Translations under genes and position numbers: made by a program
The notes under the pieces: generated by a model
Database searches by the model: none
What the model was told of the DNA's origin: nothing
Seen by the model: the letters and a program-made list of their open reading frames with translations, nothing else
Shown: positions 9,968-18,689 of the stretch, in pieces
How positions within the stretch are numbered: position 1 is the stretch's first letter
Layout of the letters: every line of letters starts with the position of its first letter
Assembly (NCBI GenBank): GCA_963664435.2
Contig: CAXXKM010000001.1
Span: 1-64,000 of the forward strand
DNA length: 64,000 bases
Origin: Longimicrobiales bacterium
Lineage (GTDB): Bacteria > Gemmatimonadota > Gemmatimonadetes > Longimicrobiales > Gaopeijiaceae
Reading direction: 5' to 3'

Positions 9968-10618
9968 ATGGTGAGGGCGCTCCTGGTCGACGACCACGCG
10001 GTCGTGCGCGCCGGTCTCCGGGCATTGCTCGAAGCATCGGGAGGGGCGGAGGTGGTGGGAGAGGCGTCTTCGGGCGAGGAGGCGGTGAGGAAGGCCCGGA
10101 GTCTGGAGCCGGACATCGTCGTCATGGATCTGGCGATGCCCGGCATGGACGGAGTACAGGCCACCCGTCGCATCGCCGCCCTCGGCATCGAAACGAAGGT
10201 CCTGATCCTCACGGTCCACGACGAGGACGAGTTCCTGGTGCCCGCCCTCGATGCCGGCGCGGATGGTTTTCTGAACAAGTCGGCCGCCGACACCGATCTC
10301 ATGGGTGCCATCGAGGCGGTCGTGCGCGGCCACTCGTATCTGCCGAGACGCGCGGCCGCGCTCATCGCGCGCCGGAAGGCGGAGCGGAGCGGCGCGGGCG
10401 AAGAGCCGGAGCCGCTCTCGGATCGCGAGCGGACCGTGATCGAGTTGACCGCGCGGGGGTTCTCCGCAGCGGAGGCGGGCCGGGAGATGTGCCTCAGCCG
10501 CAAGACCGTCGAGGGCTACATCGCACGCGCGAAGTCGAAGCTGGGCCTCAAGCACCGGCGCGACATCGTGCGCTTCGCACTCGAAAGCGGGATCCTGCGG
10601 GCCGAAGCCGAGGAGTAG
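9968..10618 (+). CDS. NarL/LuxR-family response regulator (NreC-like)
   Basis: Receiver LVDDH, VMDLAMPGMDG; HTH LSDRERTV..SRKTVEGYIARAKSKLGL. Confidence 0.92.
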   Translation: MVRALLVDDHAVVRAGLRALLEASGGAEVVGEASSGEEAVRKARSLEPDIVVMDLAMPGMDGVQATRRIAALGIETKVLILTVHDEDEFLVPALDAGADGFLNKSAADTDLMGAIEAVVRGHSYLPRRAAALIARRKAERSGAGEEPEPLSDRERTVIELTARGFSAAEAGREMCLSRKTVEGYIARAKSKLGLKHRRDIVRFALESGILRAEAEE

Positions 10619-10660
10619 CGGAACCCCGCGATCCCGATGGCTTCCCCCGGCCCGGTCCGT

Positions 10661-10758
10661 CCTGACGGGAATTTCCCGCCAAGACGGTTGCGGGTTTCTC
10701 CCCCCACAATTCGCGGAATTCTCCTCTCAAGGCCCGTTGGCGCGGTCCTGCATATTGG
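10661..10758 (+). promoter_or_regulatory. Second copy of the triple-box promoter, upstream of the orphan membrane protein
   Basis: Boxes cGGGAATTTCCCG (10666), cGGGTTTCTCCCC (10691), cGGAATTCTCCTC (10714), TATTGG at 10753; spacings 25/23/39 identical to 7111/7136/7159/7198. Confidence 0.65.
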
Positions 10759-10818
10759 TCGCAGGGCACCCGGAAGCGAATCGGGGGCGTGTCCACCCGA
10801 GGCAAGGAGTCGGGAACC

Positions 10819-11817
10819 ATGCAGCAGGAGACCCCAGGCTACGAAGCCATCGTCGACACCCTGCGTTGGGCCGCGCAGGGTTACGTGATCGGCCGCGGAG
10901 AGGCGGTTCGGCCCATGCCCTGGCGGCGGATCCTCGATCATCTGGCCATGCTCGGACAGGACGAGTTACTGTGCATCGACCCGAGCGCCAACGGCACGGG
11001 AAGTGGAATCACGGTCAGGCGGATCGCCGCGAATGGACGATCCGGCACGAAGCCGTCCGCCATGAATGGCTCGCGCGAGACGACTTGGACCGTGAACACC
11101 CGTGAAGGGTCGAGGGCGGTGGCGCGGTTCGCCCAGCGCATCGAGATGGCCGTGCGGAACGGCCAGTACCGTTCCGCGACCTGCATGCGAAGGGGATCGA
11201 GGATCTTCGCGGTAATGACCGGCGCTTCCGCACCCGTCACAAGGTCGAACGGAAACCACCGCCCGCCGCCGCCTCGTGTTCGCGCCTTGGCGTCCGCCAG
11301 GGGACTGCACCGAACGACTCGGTACCAGAGGCGAACTCGAAGGAACAGGTACATAGCGTACATGACTGTGGCCGCGTCGTTGCTGCTGTCGGTAGTAGCT
11401 CTGCTATCCGCCGCGACCGGGCGCAAACAGCAACCCCCGCCACCGGTACCCGCCAACGCCATCGTGGGACAGGTGCTGATCGGGGGACGTGGTGCCGAGG
11501 GCGTGACCGTCGCCCTCGACGGCCGAGCCGCAACCGTCACGACCGGCGGGGGCGCGTTCCGGTTCGATGACGTGGAAACCGGCATCCACACCATCACCAT
11601 CAGCGACTATCCGGCGGACGCGCGCTTCGACCGCACCTCCGCCACCGCAAGCATCGACACCGAGGGCCGGGCGGCCACCGTCAGCTTCTCCGGTTCCTAC
11701 ATCCGCAGGTCTCGCATCACAAGGCCGGCCGTGATGGCCGAACGCGGTGGCACCGGAAGGCAGTCAACGCCGTTGGCTCTGCGGGAAGCCGCCGGGCACG
11801 CCGCAACCGAAATGTAG
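10819..11817 (+). CDS. Hypothetical bitopic membrane protein with C-terminal carboxypeptidase-regulatory-like beta-sandwich
   Basis: AAGGAG upstream of ATG 10819; one TM (YIAYMTVAASLLLSVVALL); Pro linker; IVGQV..GVTVALDG..GAFRFDDVETGIHTITIS. Confidence 0.65.
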   Translation: MQQETPGYEAIVDTLRWAAQGYVIGRGEAVRPMPWRRILDHLAMLGQDELLCIDPSANGTGSGITVRRIAANGRSGTKPSAMNGSRETTWTVNTREGSRAVARFAQRIEMAVRNGQYRSATCMRRGSRIFAVMTGASAPVTRSNGNHRPPPPRVRALASARGLHRTTRYQRRTRRNRYIAYMTVAASLLLSVVALLSAATGRKQQPPPPVPANAIVGQVLIGGRGAEGVTVALDGRAATVTTGGGAFRFDDVETGIHTITISDYPADARFDRTSATASIDTEGRAATVSFSGSYIRRSRITRPAVMAERGGTGRQSTPLALREAAGHAATEM

Positions 11818-11956
11818 GACCCGGCCTGCAACCGGTGTCTGCGCGCTCCGAGTCTCCGTATTCGGCCGGGCCATTACACGCTATCTTGGTGGGAGAACCG
11901 GGACGTTCGGTTCTGCTCTTCACACGCCTTCCATCACACACTAGGACCTGCCTGCC

Positions 11957-12574
11957 ATGCGTAAGTTCACTTGGTTGTTGGGACTCACTCTGATCGCCGC
12001 CCCGGCAACCGCCCAGACGACCTTGGGCCTGAAGGGCGGGGTCGGCTTCGCCACCATTGCCATCGAGGAAGCCGGGGTCGAGGAGGAGTCCGTTTCCGGC
12101 CTCGTCGCGGGGCTGGAACTCGGCGTTCCCGTCTCCAGCGTGTTCAGCCTGAGGCTCGGCGGCTCGTACGCTCGGAAAGGCGGCGGGGGATCGGTTGGCG
12201 GTGGCACCGTGACGCTCAACATCGATTATTTCCAGTTCTCGGCGTTGGCCCGGGTCGCCACCTCCGGCGACGGGCCTTCGGTCGGCCTGACGGCCGGCCC
12301 GTGGGCCGCCTATCAGCGCTCATGCGAGTTGGAGGGCACACTCGAAGGGACGAGCATCGTCGCGCCATGCTACGATCCGCCTTTCTCGGACTTCGACATC
12401 AAGACCCTGGACTTCGGTCTGGCCTTCGGCGGAGGGGTCGAGATTCCCGTCGCGGGCAGTCTCCGGATGGGACTCGACGCGCTCTATTCGCTCGGGCTCG
12501 CCTCCGTGGACGACGACGAAAGCAAGACACGGCACCTCACCGTTCAGATAGGTCTGTCCCTCCCGATCGGTTGA
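11957..12574 (+). CDS. Outer membrane beta-barrel protein (PorT/OmpA-like 8-stranded porin family)
   Basis: Signal peptide ending ATA-Q, GLKGG, YARKG, LNIDY, DFGLAFGGG, amphipathic terminal strand. Confidence 0.8.
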   Translation: MRKFTWLLGLTLIAAPATAQTTLGLKGGVGFATIAIEEAGVEEESVSGLVAGLELGVPVSSVFSLRLGGSYARKGGGGSVGGGTVTLNIDYFQFSALARVATSGDGPSVGLTAGPWAAYQRSCELEGTLEGTSIVAPCYDPPFSDFDIKTLDFGLAFGGGVEIPVAGSLRMGLDALYSLGLASVDDDESKTRHLTVQIGLSLPIG

Positions 12575-12910
12575 CCGAGGCGAATCGAACACCGGGCCGC
12601 ATCAGATGCCACCCGGACGCCGCTTCGACTCCCGCCATTCTGCACAGCTTTCCGGTCACTTCAGCACGGCAGACTCAGATTCGAACTCATCGGCAAGAAT
12701 GGCAGATCGTGCAGCCCAGGTTGAACTTACGTGACTCCTTGCCGTGATTCGCTTCCCCCTGACTCTGCCGTTACGTAAGGGTTGTGAGCATCCCAGGGCA
12801 AACAGGGATCCTGCCGTGCCGCCCACACCCGTTGGATCGAGGGACCCCGCGAACCGGCGCGCATCGCCGCCCGGGTAGCAGATCACCTCGCACCGGGAAT
12901 AACTTGGTGC

Positions 12911-14011
12911 ATGCCTGACGACGTCAGTTTCACCGGATCATCCGCCTTCGCCCGCAGGGGCCGGCGTTCGCCCGCGACCTCCGCGCCCGCGGCGGGCGAA
13001 GAGGGGAACCTGCCGAGACACGACCCGCGCGCGCCGACAGAACGCACGGCGCACTCCGACCTCGAGCCCTGGAACCCGGGAACGCCCCTCGAGCTCGACT
13101 GGCTGCGCCACCTGCGGGTGAACCGGAGTGCAGCGGAGCGCCGGGCCGCTTCCCTTCCCGGCCGCAGGAGCGTCAAGCGCGAGTGGCAGGCGGCCTGGCT
13201 CCTGCGCGCGGTCACTTGCATCGACCTGACCACCCTCGCGGGGGACGACACCCCCGGGCGCGTGCGCAGGCTGTGCGGGAAGGCCCGCAATCCCGTGCGC
13301 GCGGACCTGCTCGAGGCCGCGGGCGCGGACGGCCTGCCCATCCGGGTCGCGTCCGTGTGCGTCTACCCGAGCATGGTCGCCACCGCGGTCGAGGCGCTTG
13401 CCGGCTCGGCAATTCCGGTCGCGGCCGTGGCCGCCGGCTTCCCGGCCGGCCAGACGCCTTTCCCGCAGCGACTCGACGAGATCCGGACGGCCGTGGCGGC
13501 GGGTGCCTCCGAAATCGACATCGTCATCACCCGCGAGCACGTCCTGCGGGGGCGCTGGGGCGACCTCTACGACGAGGTCGGCGCCTTCCGCGACGCTGCC
13601 CGCGGCGCCCACCTGAAGACCATCATCGCCACCGGCGAACTCGCGACCCTCACCAACGTCGCGCGCGCGAGCCTGGTGTGCATGATGGCGGGAGCCGACT
13701 TCATCAAGACTTCCACGGGCAAGGAGAAGGTCAACGCCACCCTGCCCGTCGGCCTCACCATGGTGCGCCAGATCCGCGCCTGGCGCGAGCGCACCGGCTA
13801 TCGCGTGGGTTTCAAGCCCGCGGGGGGCATCGGCACCGCGAAGCAGGCGCTGATCTGGCTGGTGCTCATGCGCGAGGAGCTTGGTCCCCGCTGGATGCAG
13901 GCCGGACTCTTCCGCTTCGGCGCCAGTTCCCTGCTGGGCGACATCGAACGCCAGATCGAGCACTATGTGACGGGCCGATACTCCGCCACCCATCGACATC
14001 CCATGGCCTAG
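12911..14011 (+). CDS. deoC: Deoxyribose-phosphate aldolase (long DERA type)
   Basis: CIDLTTLAGDDT, GASEIDIVI, HLKTII, ADFIKTSTGK, GFKPAGGI, FRFGASSLL. Confidence 0.95.
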   Translation: MPDDVSFTGSSAFARRGRRSPATSAPAAGEEGNLPRHDPRAPTERTAHSDLEPWNPGTPLELDWLRHLRVNRSAAERRAASLPGRRSVKREWQAAWLLRAVTCIDLTTLAGDDTPGRVRRLCGKARNPVRADLLEAAGADGLPIRVASVCVYPSMVATAVEALAGSAIPVAAVAAGFPAGQTPFPQRLDEIRTAVAAGASEIDIVITREHVLRGRWGDLYDEVGAFRDAARGAHLKTIIATGELATLTNVARASLVCMMAGADFIKTSTGKEKVNATLPVGLTMVRQIRAWRERTGYRVGFKPAGGIGTAKQALIWLVLMREELGPRWMQAGLFRFGASSLLGDIERQIEHYVTGRYSATHRHPMA

Positions 14012-14020
14012 CCCCGCGAG

Positions 14021-16465
14021 ATGCCGAAACTTCCCGAGATCTTCGAAACCCTCGAATACGGGCCCGCCCCCGAGAGCACGGACCGGGCGCAGGCCTGGCT
14101 CAACGAGCACAAACGCTCCTTCGGCCTGTTCATCGGCGGCGACTGGGTCGAAGGTGCCGGCGGGGAGACGTTCGACACCGTCAACCCGGCGAATGGGGCG
14201 GCCCTCGCGCGCATTACCCAGGGAAGCTCCGAGGATGTCGGCCGGGCCGTGCGCGCGGCCCGCGCCGCACAGGAGCCGTGGTCGCAACTCGGCGGTCACG
14301 CCCGCGCCCGTTACCTCTACGCGCTGGCCCGCCGCATCCACAGGCACGCGCGCCTCTTCTCGGTCCTGGAGACGCTGGACAACGGCAAGCCCGTGCGCGA
14401 ATCGCGCGACATCGACATCCCCCTCGTGGTGCGCCACTTCTACCACCACGCGGGATGGGCGCAGCTGATGGATGCCGAGTTCCCGGATCAGGTCCCGGTG
14501 GGCGTGGCCGGCCAGATCATCCCCTGGAACTTCCCGCTGCTGATGCTGGCGTGGAAGATCGCGCCCGCGCTCGCCACCGGAAACACGGTGGTCCTCAAGC
14601 CCGCGGAGTTCACGCCCCTTACCGCCCTCCTCTTCGCCGAGATCTGCCGGGAAACCGGGCTGCCCCCCGGGGTCGTGAACGTGCTGACCGGTGACGGCCG
14701 CACCGGCGCCGCGCTGGTGGCGCATCCCGGCGTCGACAAGATCGCCTTCACCGGATCCACGGAAGTGGGGCGCCTCATCCGGAGCCGGACGGCGGGCAGC
14801 GGCAAGCGTCTCTCGCTCGAGCTGGGAGGCAAGTCGCCCTTCATCGTCTGCGAGGACGCGGACCTGGACGGCGTGGTCGAGGGGGTCGTGGACGCCATCT
14901 GGTTCAATCAGGGGCAGGTGTGCTGCGCAGGTTCGCGCATTCTGGTTCAGGAGGGCGTCGCGGAGGCGCTGGAGCGGAAGCTGAAGGCGCGCATGGAGAC
15001 GCTGCGCATGGGCGATCCGCTGGACAAGGCCGTGGACATGGGCGCCATCATCGCGCCGGTGCAGCTCGAGAAGATCCGGCGGCTGGTGGACCAGGGCCGG
15101 CGCGACGGCGCGCACATCTGGCAGCCGTCGTGGAGCACGCCGGCGGAGGGGTTTTTCTATCCGCCGACGCTCTGCACCCGGGTGGCGCCCGCGTCCGCCA
15201 TCGCGCAGGTCGAGATCTTCGGGCCGGTGGTGGTGATGATGACCTTCCGCACGCCGGAGGAGTCGGTCCGGCTCGCCAACGACACCCGCTACGGGCTCGC
15301 GGCCAGCATCTGGAGCGAGAACATCAATCTGGCGCTTGACATCGCGCCGAGAGTGAAGGCGGGCACGGTGTGGATCAACTGCACCAACGTCTTCGACGCA
15401 GCCTCCGGCTTCGGCGGCTACCGCGAGAGCGGCTTCGGGCGCGAGGGTGGGCGCGAGGGGCTGCATGAGTACGTGCGACCGGCCTGGCAAGCGCGCGGCC
15501 GTGGCAATGCGGGGGCCCAGGGCGAAATCGACGCAACGGAATCCGTTTCGTCGGGGGATGGGCGGCCGACCAGGCTCCGGAAGGACGGCGGGTTGCCCCT
15601 TGCGGGCGACGCGATGCCGCAGGTGGACCGTACCATCCGCATGTACATCGGGGGCCGCCAGACGCGGCCCGACGGCGGGTACACGATGTCCGTCCGCGGG
15701 GCCTCGGGCGAGGTGGCGGGAGAGGTGGGACGCGGCAACCGCAAGGACATCCGCAACGCGGTCGAGGCGGCGCGCCGCGGCGCCGGATGGGCGGACCGCA
15801 CGGCCCACAACCGTGCGCAGATCCTCTACTTCATCGCCGAGAACCTCGCCGTGCGCGCACCCGAGTTCGCGGCTCGCATCCGGTCACTCACCGGGCAGAC
15901 CGCGCGCCGCGCGTCCGATGAGGTCGATCTCTCGGTGCGGCGGCTCTTCACCTACGCGGCGCACGCCGACAAGTGGGACGGGCGCGTCCACGGGACGCCG
16001 TACCGCAACGTCACCCTGGCCATGCCCGAGAGCCTGGGTGTGGTCGGCATCGTGTGCCCCGAGCGAAACCCGCTGCTGGGCTTCGTTTCGCTGATCGCGC
16101 CCGCCGTCGCAGCCGGCAACGCAGTGGTCGCCGTGCCCTCCGAACGCTGGCCGCTCTCCGCCACCGACTTCTGCCAGATCCTGGACACCTCCGACCTGCC
16201 CGCCGGGGTGGTCAACGTCGTCACGGGCGAGCATGCGGAACTGGCGCCGGTGCTGGCCGCGCACGACGACGTGGCCGCCATCTGGTACTTCGGTGCCGAC
16301 GCCGGGGCGGAGGAGGTCGAGCGCCTCTCCACCGGAAACATGAAGCAGACCTGGACCGAAGCCGGACTCCCCAGACGATGGCGTTCCCGCGCACAGGGAG
16401 AAGGCCACGAGTTCCTGCGCCGGGCGACGCAGGTCAAGAACATCTGGATTCCCTACGGGGAGTAG
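14021..16465 (+). CDS. ALDH16-like aldehyde dehydrogenase with extra C-terminal Rossmann domain
   Basis: PWNFP, FTGSTEVG, ELGGKS, GQVCCAGS, EIFGPV, then a second ALDH-like domain ending QVKNIWIPYGE; 814 aa. Confidence 0.9.
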   Translation: MPKLPEIFETLEYGPAPESTDRAQAWLNEHKRSFGLFIGGDWVEGAGGETFDTVNPANGAALARITQGSSEDVGRAVRAARAAQEPWSQLGGHARARYLYALARRIHRHARLFSVLETLDNGKPVRESRDIDIPLVVRHFYHHAGWAQLMDAEFPDQVPVGVAGQIIPWNFPLLMLAWKIAPALATGNTVVLKPAEFTPLTALLFAEICRETGLPPGVVNVLTGDGRTGAALVAHPGVDKIAFTGSTEVGRLIRSRTAGSGKRLSLELGGKSPFIVCEDADLDGVVEGVVDAIWFNQGQVCCAGSRILVQEGVAEALERKLKARMETLRMGDPLDKAVDMGAIIAPVQLEKIRRLVDQGRRDGAHIWQPSWSTPAEGFFYPPTLCTRVAPASAIAQVEIFGPVVVMMTFRTPEESVRLANDTRYGLAASIWSENINLALDIAPRVKAGTVWINCTNVFDAASGFGGYRESGFGREGGREGLHEYVRPAWQARGRGNAGAQGEIDATESVSSGDGRPTRLRKDGGLPLAGDAMPQVDRTIRMYIGGRQTRPDGGYTMSVRGASGEVAGEVGRGNRKDIRNAVEAARRGAGWADRTAHNRAQILYFIAENLAVRAPEFAARIRSLTGQTARRASDEVDLSVRRLFTYAAHADKWDGRVHGTPYRNVTLAMPESLGVVGIVCPERNPLLGFVSLIAPAVAAGNAVVAVPSERWPLSATDFCQILDTSDLPAGVVNVVTGEHAELAPVLAAHDDVAAIWYFGADAGAEEVERLSTGNMKQTWTEAGLPRRWRSRAQGEGHEFLRRATQVKNIWIPYGE

Positions 16466-16498
16466 ACCTTCGCGCCGCGGTCCTCCCGCCTGACGCTA

Positions 16499-16912
16499 TT
16501 AGTTGAAGGTGTAGGTGCAGACCACCTCGGGGACTTCGTCATTCAGAACGGATTCCACCTCGCAGATGGTCTCGTCGCGCACGAACAACTGCAGGCTCAC
16601 CTGTGGCGTCGTCTCCTCATCCATCCCCCGGCTGACGCTTACGAAAATGCGGGACCCACCGCCCATCTCGAGATCGGCCCTGTAACCCGGATCGACGGTC
16701 GAGGTGTCGGCCCTGCTGATCTGTTCCCGGCGGTTGCCGAAGTTGTCGAAGATGTAGACGAACTGGTTCGACGTGACCAGGGTCAGAGGACCCGGGCCCG
16801 GGCCGCCGATGACGATGCTTGCGGTCGTGGGAGCTTCGGTGGGCCCGTCCAGTATCGAGCAGGCCGTGAGGGCCGACAGGCCCGCGACGACCGCGAACCA
16901 CCTCATCCGCAT
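16499..16912 (-). CDS. Hypothetical lipoprotein
   Basis: MRMRWFAVVAGLSALTA-C lipobox; tandem stops TAA TAG. Confidence 0.65.
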   Translation of the reverse strand: MRMRWFAVVAGLSALTACSILDGPTEAPTTASIVIGGPGPGPLTLVTSNQFVYIFDNFGNRREQISRADTSTVDPGYRADLEMGGGSRIFVSVSRGMDEETTPQVSLQLFVRDETICEVESVLNDEVPEVVCTYTFN

Positions 16913-17144
16913 CCGCCTTGCGGAGCATGCAATCATGAAAAATCACCTCATTGCAGGAAAAACTTGGCGCGCGGGACACGGCCGGAGCCGCACGGCCCCG
17001 CATCCTTAATCGTGCCGGATTCGACAACGCTCCGCCAGTGGGCCTTCGACGACATCCATGGCCCACGCTTTGCAGGATCACGGTTCCCGCCCCCGGCGCG
17101 GCACCGGGCCGCAGAGAGAGCGTCGACGCAGGACAGCGGCCCGG

Positions 17145-17531
17145 TCAGGAAACCAGCGCGATGGCGTCGATCTCGACGCTCACGTTCCTGGGCAGCGCGC
17201 CCGCCTGCACGGTCGAGCGGGCGGGACGATGGTCGCCGAAGTGCTCGGCGTACACCTCGTTCATGGCGGCGAACTCCCCCATGTCCGCCAGGAAGACGGT
17301 CGTCTTGACGACGCTGGAGAGCGATGCCCCGGAAGCCTCCAGCACGGCCGCCAGATTGCGCAGCACCTGGTGCGTCTGTTCCTGGATGTCACCCCTGAGC
17401 AGCTCGCCCGTCGACGGGACCAGCGGGATCTGCCCGGAGGCGAAGAGAAGTCCGCCCGCCAGGATCGCCTGGGAATAGGGACCGATGGCCTTCGGGGCGC
17501 TGTCGGTATGCACGACCGTTGTTTCGCTCAT
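17145..17531 (-). CDS. ridA: RidA (YjgF/YER057c/UK114) enamine/imine deaminase
   Basis: APKAIGPYSQA, SGQIP, VVKTTVFLADM, RPARS, LP..VEIDAIA. Confidence 0.93.
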   Translation of the reverse strand: MSETTVVHTDSAPKAIGPYSQAILAGGLLFASGQIPLVPSTGELLRGDIQEQTHQVLRNLAAVLEASGASLSSVVKTTVFLADMGEFAAMNEVYAEHFGDHRPARSTVQAGALPRNVSVEIDAIALVS

Positions 17532-17537
17532 TGGGTG

Positions 17538-18689
17538 TCAGACTCCGTGGCTGGATGCCGTTGAATGGTTGGGTTTCACGCGATTCCAGGACGCGACGCG
17601 TCCTCTTCCTTCGATGGGCCAGGTTTCCCAGTGCCCTCCCTCGTGCGCGATGACGCGGTCCTGCAGATTCACCGAGACACAGACGTGGTTCGGCAGCAGC
17701 CGCACCAGTTCGCCCACCCGTGGCCGCCAGTCCGTGCCCGTGATATCCAGCACGCCATGCTCCTCCGACAGGGCGACCACGCGCACCTCCGGCCGTCCGG
17801 CGAGGGCGGCGTATCCGCTGCCGGCCGTGTCGTGCAGCTCCTTCGAGAGCGCCTTGGACCCCGCGTCCACCACCGCCCGCCCGGGGACCGCCGTGCTCAC
17901 CACCGTGGCGAGGATCGAGTAGGCGCACTCGTGGTCGCCGGCCACGCCCATGCCGGTCATGTCGAGATCATTGTAGATGACCGTGCCGGCCCGGACCTCG
18001 GTCAGACGGGGAAGCAGGTGGCTGTTCCAGAGGGTGGGGCTCGAGCCGCCGCTTACGACCTCGGGCGCCAGACCGGCTTCGGCGAGCGTCGCGCAGCACG
18101 CCTCCAGCCGCTCCGCCAGCTCGCCGACCGCCCGCTCCTGCCCTGAAACGTGCGTGCGGATGTGCCCCGGGTAGAACATGATGCCCCGGTAGGCCAGACC
18201 CCGCGCATTGCGTGCCAGCGTCGCCAGCCGGGCGGCCTCCCGCGCCGTCTGCACCCCCACCCTTCCCAGCCCCACATCCACTTCCACCAGGACGCCGACC
18301 CTCCTTCCGGCTGCCCGGGCGGCCCCTGCGAGGCCGAGCAGCGCCACCTCCGAATCCAGGGCCACGGTCAACCTGACCGCCTCCGGCAGAGCCATCAGGC
18401 GCTCCAGCTTCTTCTTCCCGAGAGGAGGATATGCGAGCAGCAGGTCGTCGCACGCCCGGGACATGACCTCCGCCTCGTGGGGCGTAGCAACGGTGAGTCC
18501 CCGGGCACCGGCCTCCAGCTGGATGCGGGCGAGCGCGAGGCTCTTGTGGGTCTTCACGTGCGGGCGCCAGGCGATCCCGTACCGCGCCGTGTAGGCGGCT
18601 ACCCTCGCGGCGTTGGCGCGCGCCCGCGTCAGGTCCACGAGGGCGACGGGGGTCTCCGCGTCCGCGAGACCGGGGGGGAGCCCGGTCAC
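17538..18689 (-). CDS. DSD1-family PLP enzyme (D-serine dehydratase / D-threonine aldolase, alanine racemase fold)
   Basis: TPVALVD, RPHVKTHK, EVDVGLGRVG, SGGSSP, DAGSKALS, SEEHG, PNHVC. Confidence 0.88.
   Translation of the reverse strand: MTGLPPGLADAETPVALVDLTRARANAARVAAYTARYGIAWRPHVKTHKSLALARIQLEAGARGLTVATPHEAEVMSRACDDLLLAYPPLGKKKLERLMALPEAVRLTVALDSEVALLGLAGAARAAGRRVGVLVEVDVGLGRVGVQTAREAARLATLARNARGLAYRGIMFYPGHIRTHVSGQERAVGELAERLEACCATLAEAGLAPEVVSGGSSPTLWNSHLLPRLTEVRAGTVIYNDLDMTGMGVAGDHECAYSILATVVSTAVPGRAVVDAGSKALSKELHDTAGSGYAALAGRPEVRVVALSEEHGVLDITGTDWRPRVGELVRLLPNHVCVSVNLQDRVIAHEGGHWETWPIEGRGRVASWNRVKPNHSTASSHGV

Noticed and set aside
12568..12660. tRNA-like minus-strand segment with GTTCGATTC and partial acceptor pairing
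   Set aside because: No credible D or anticodon arm; overlaps the OMP stop and a hairpin that better fits a terminator
12789..12812. AGGGCAAAC resembling a c-di-GMP-I riboswitch start
   Set aside because: The GAAA tetraloop stem and downstream GCAAAG/P2 elements are missing
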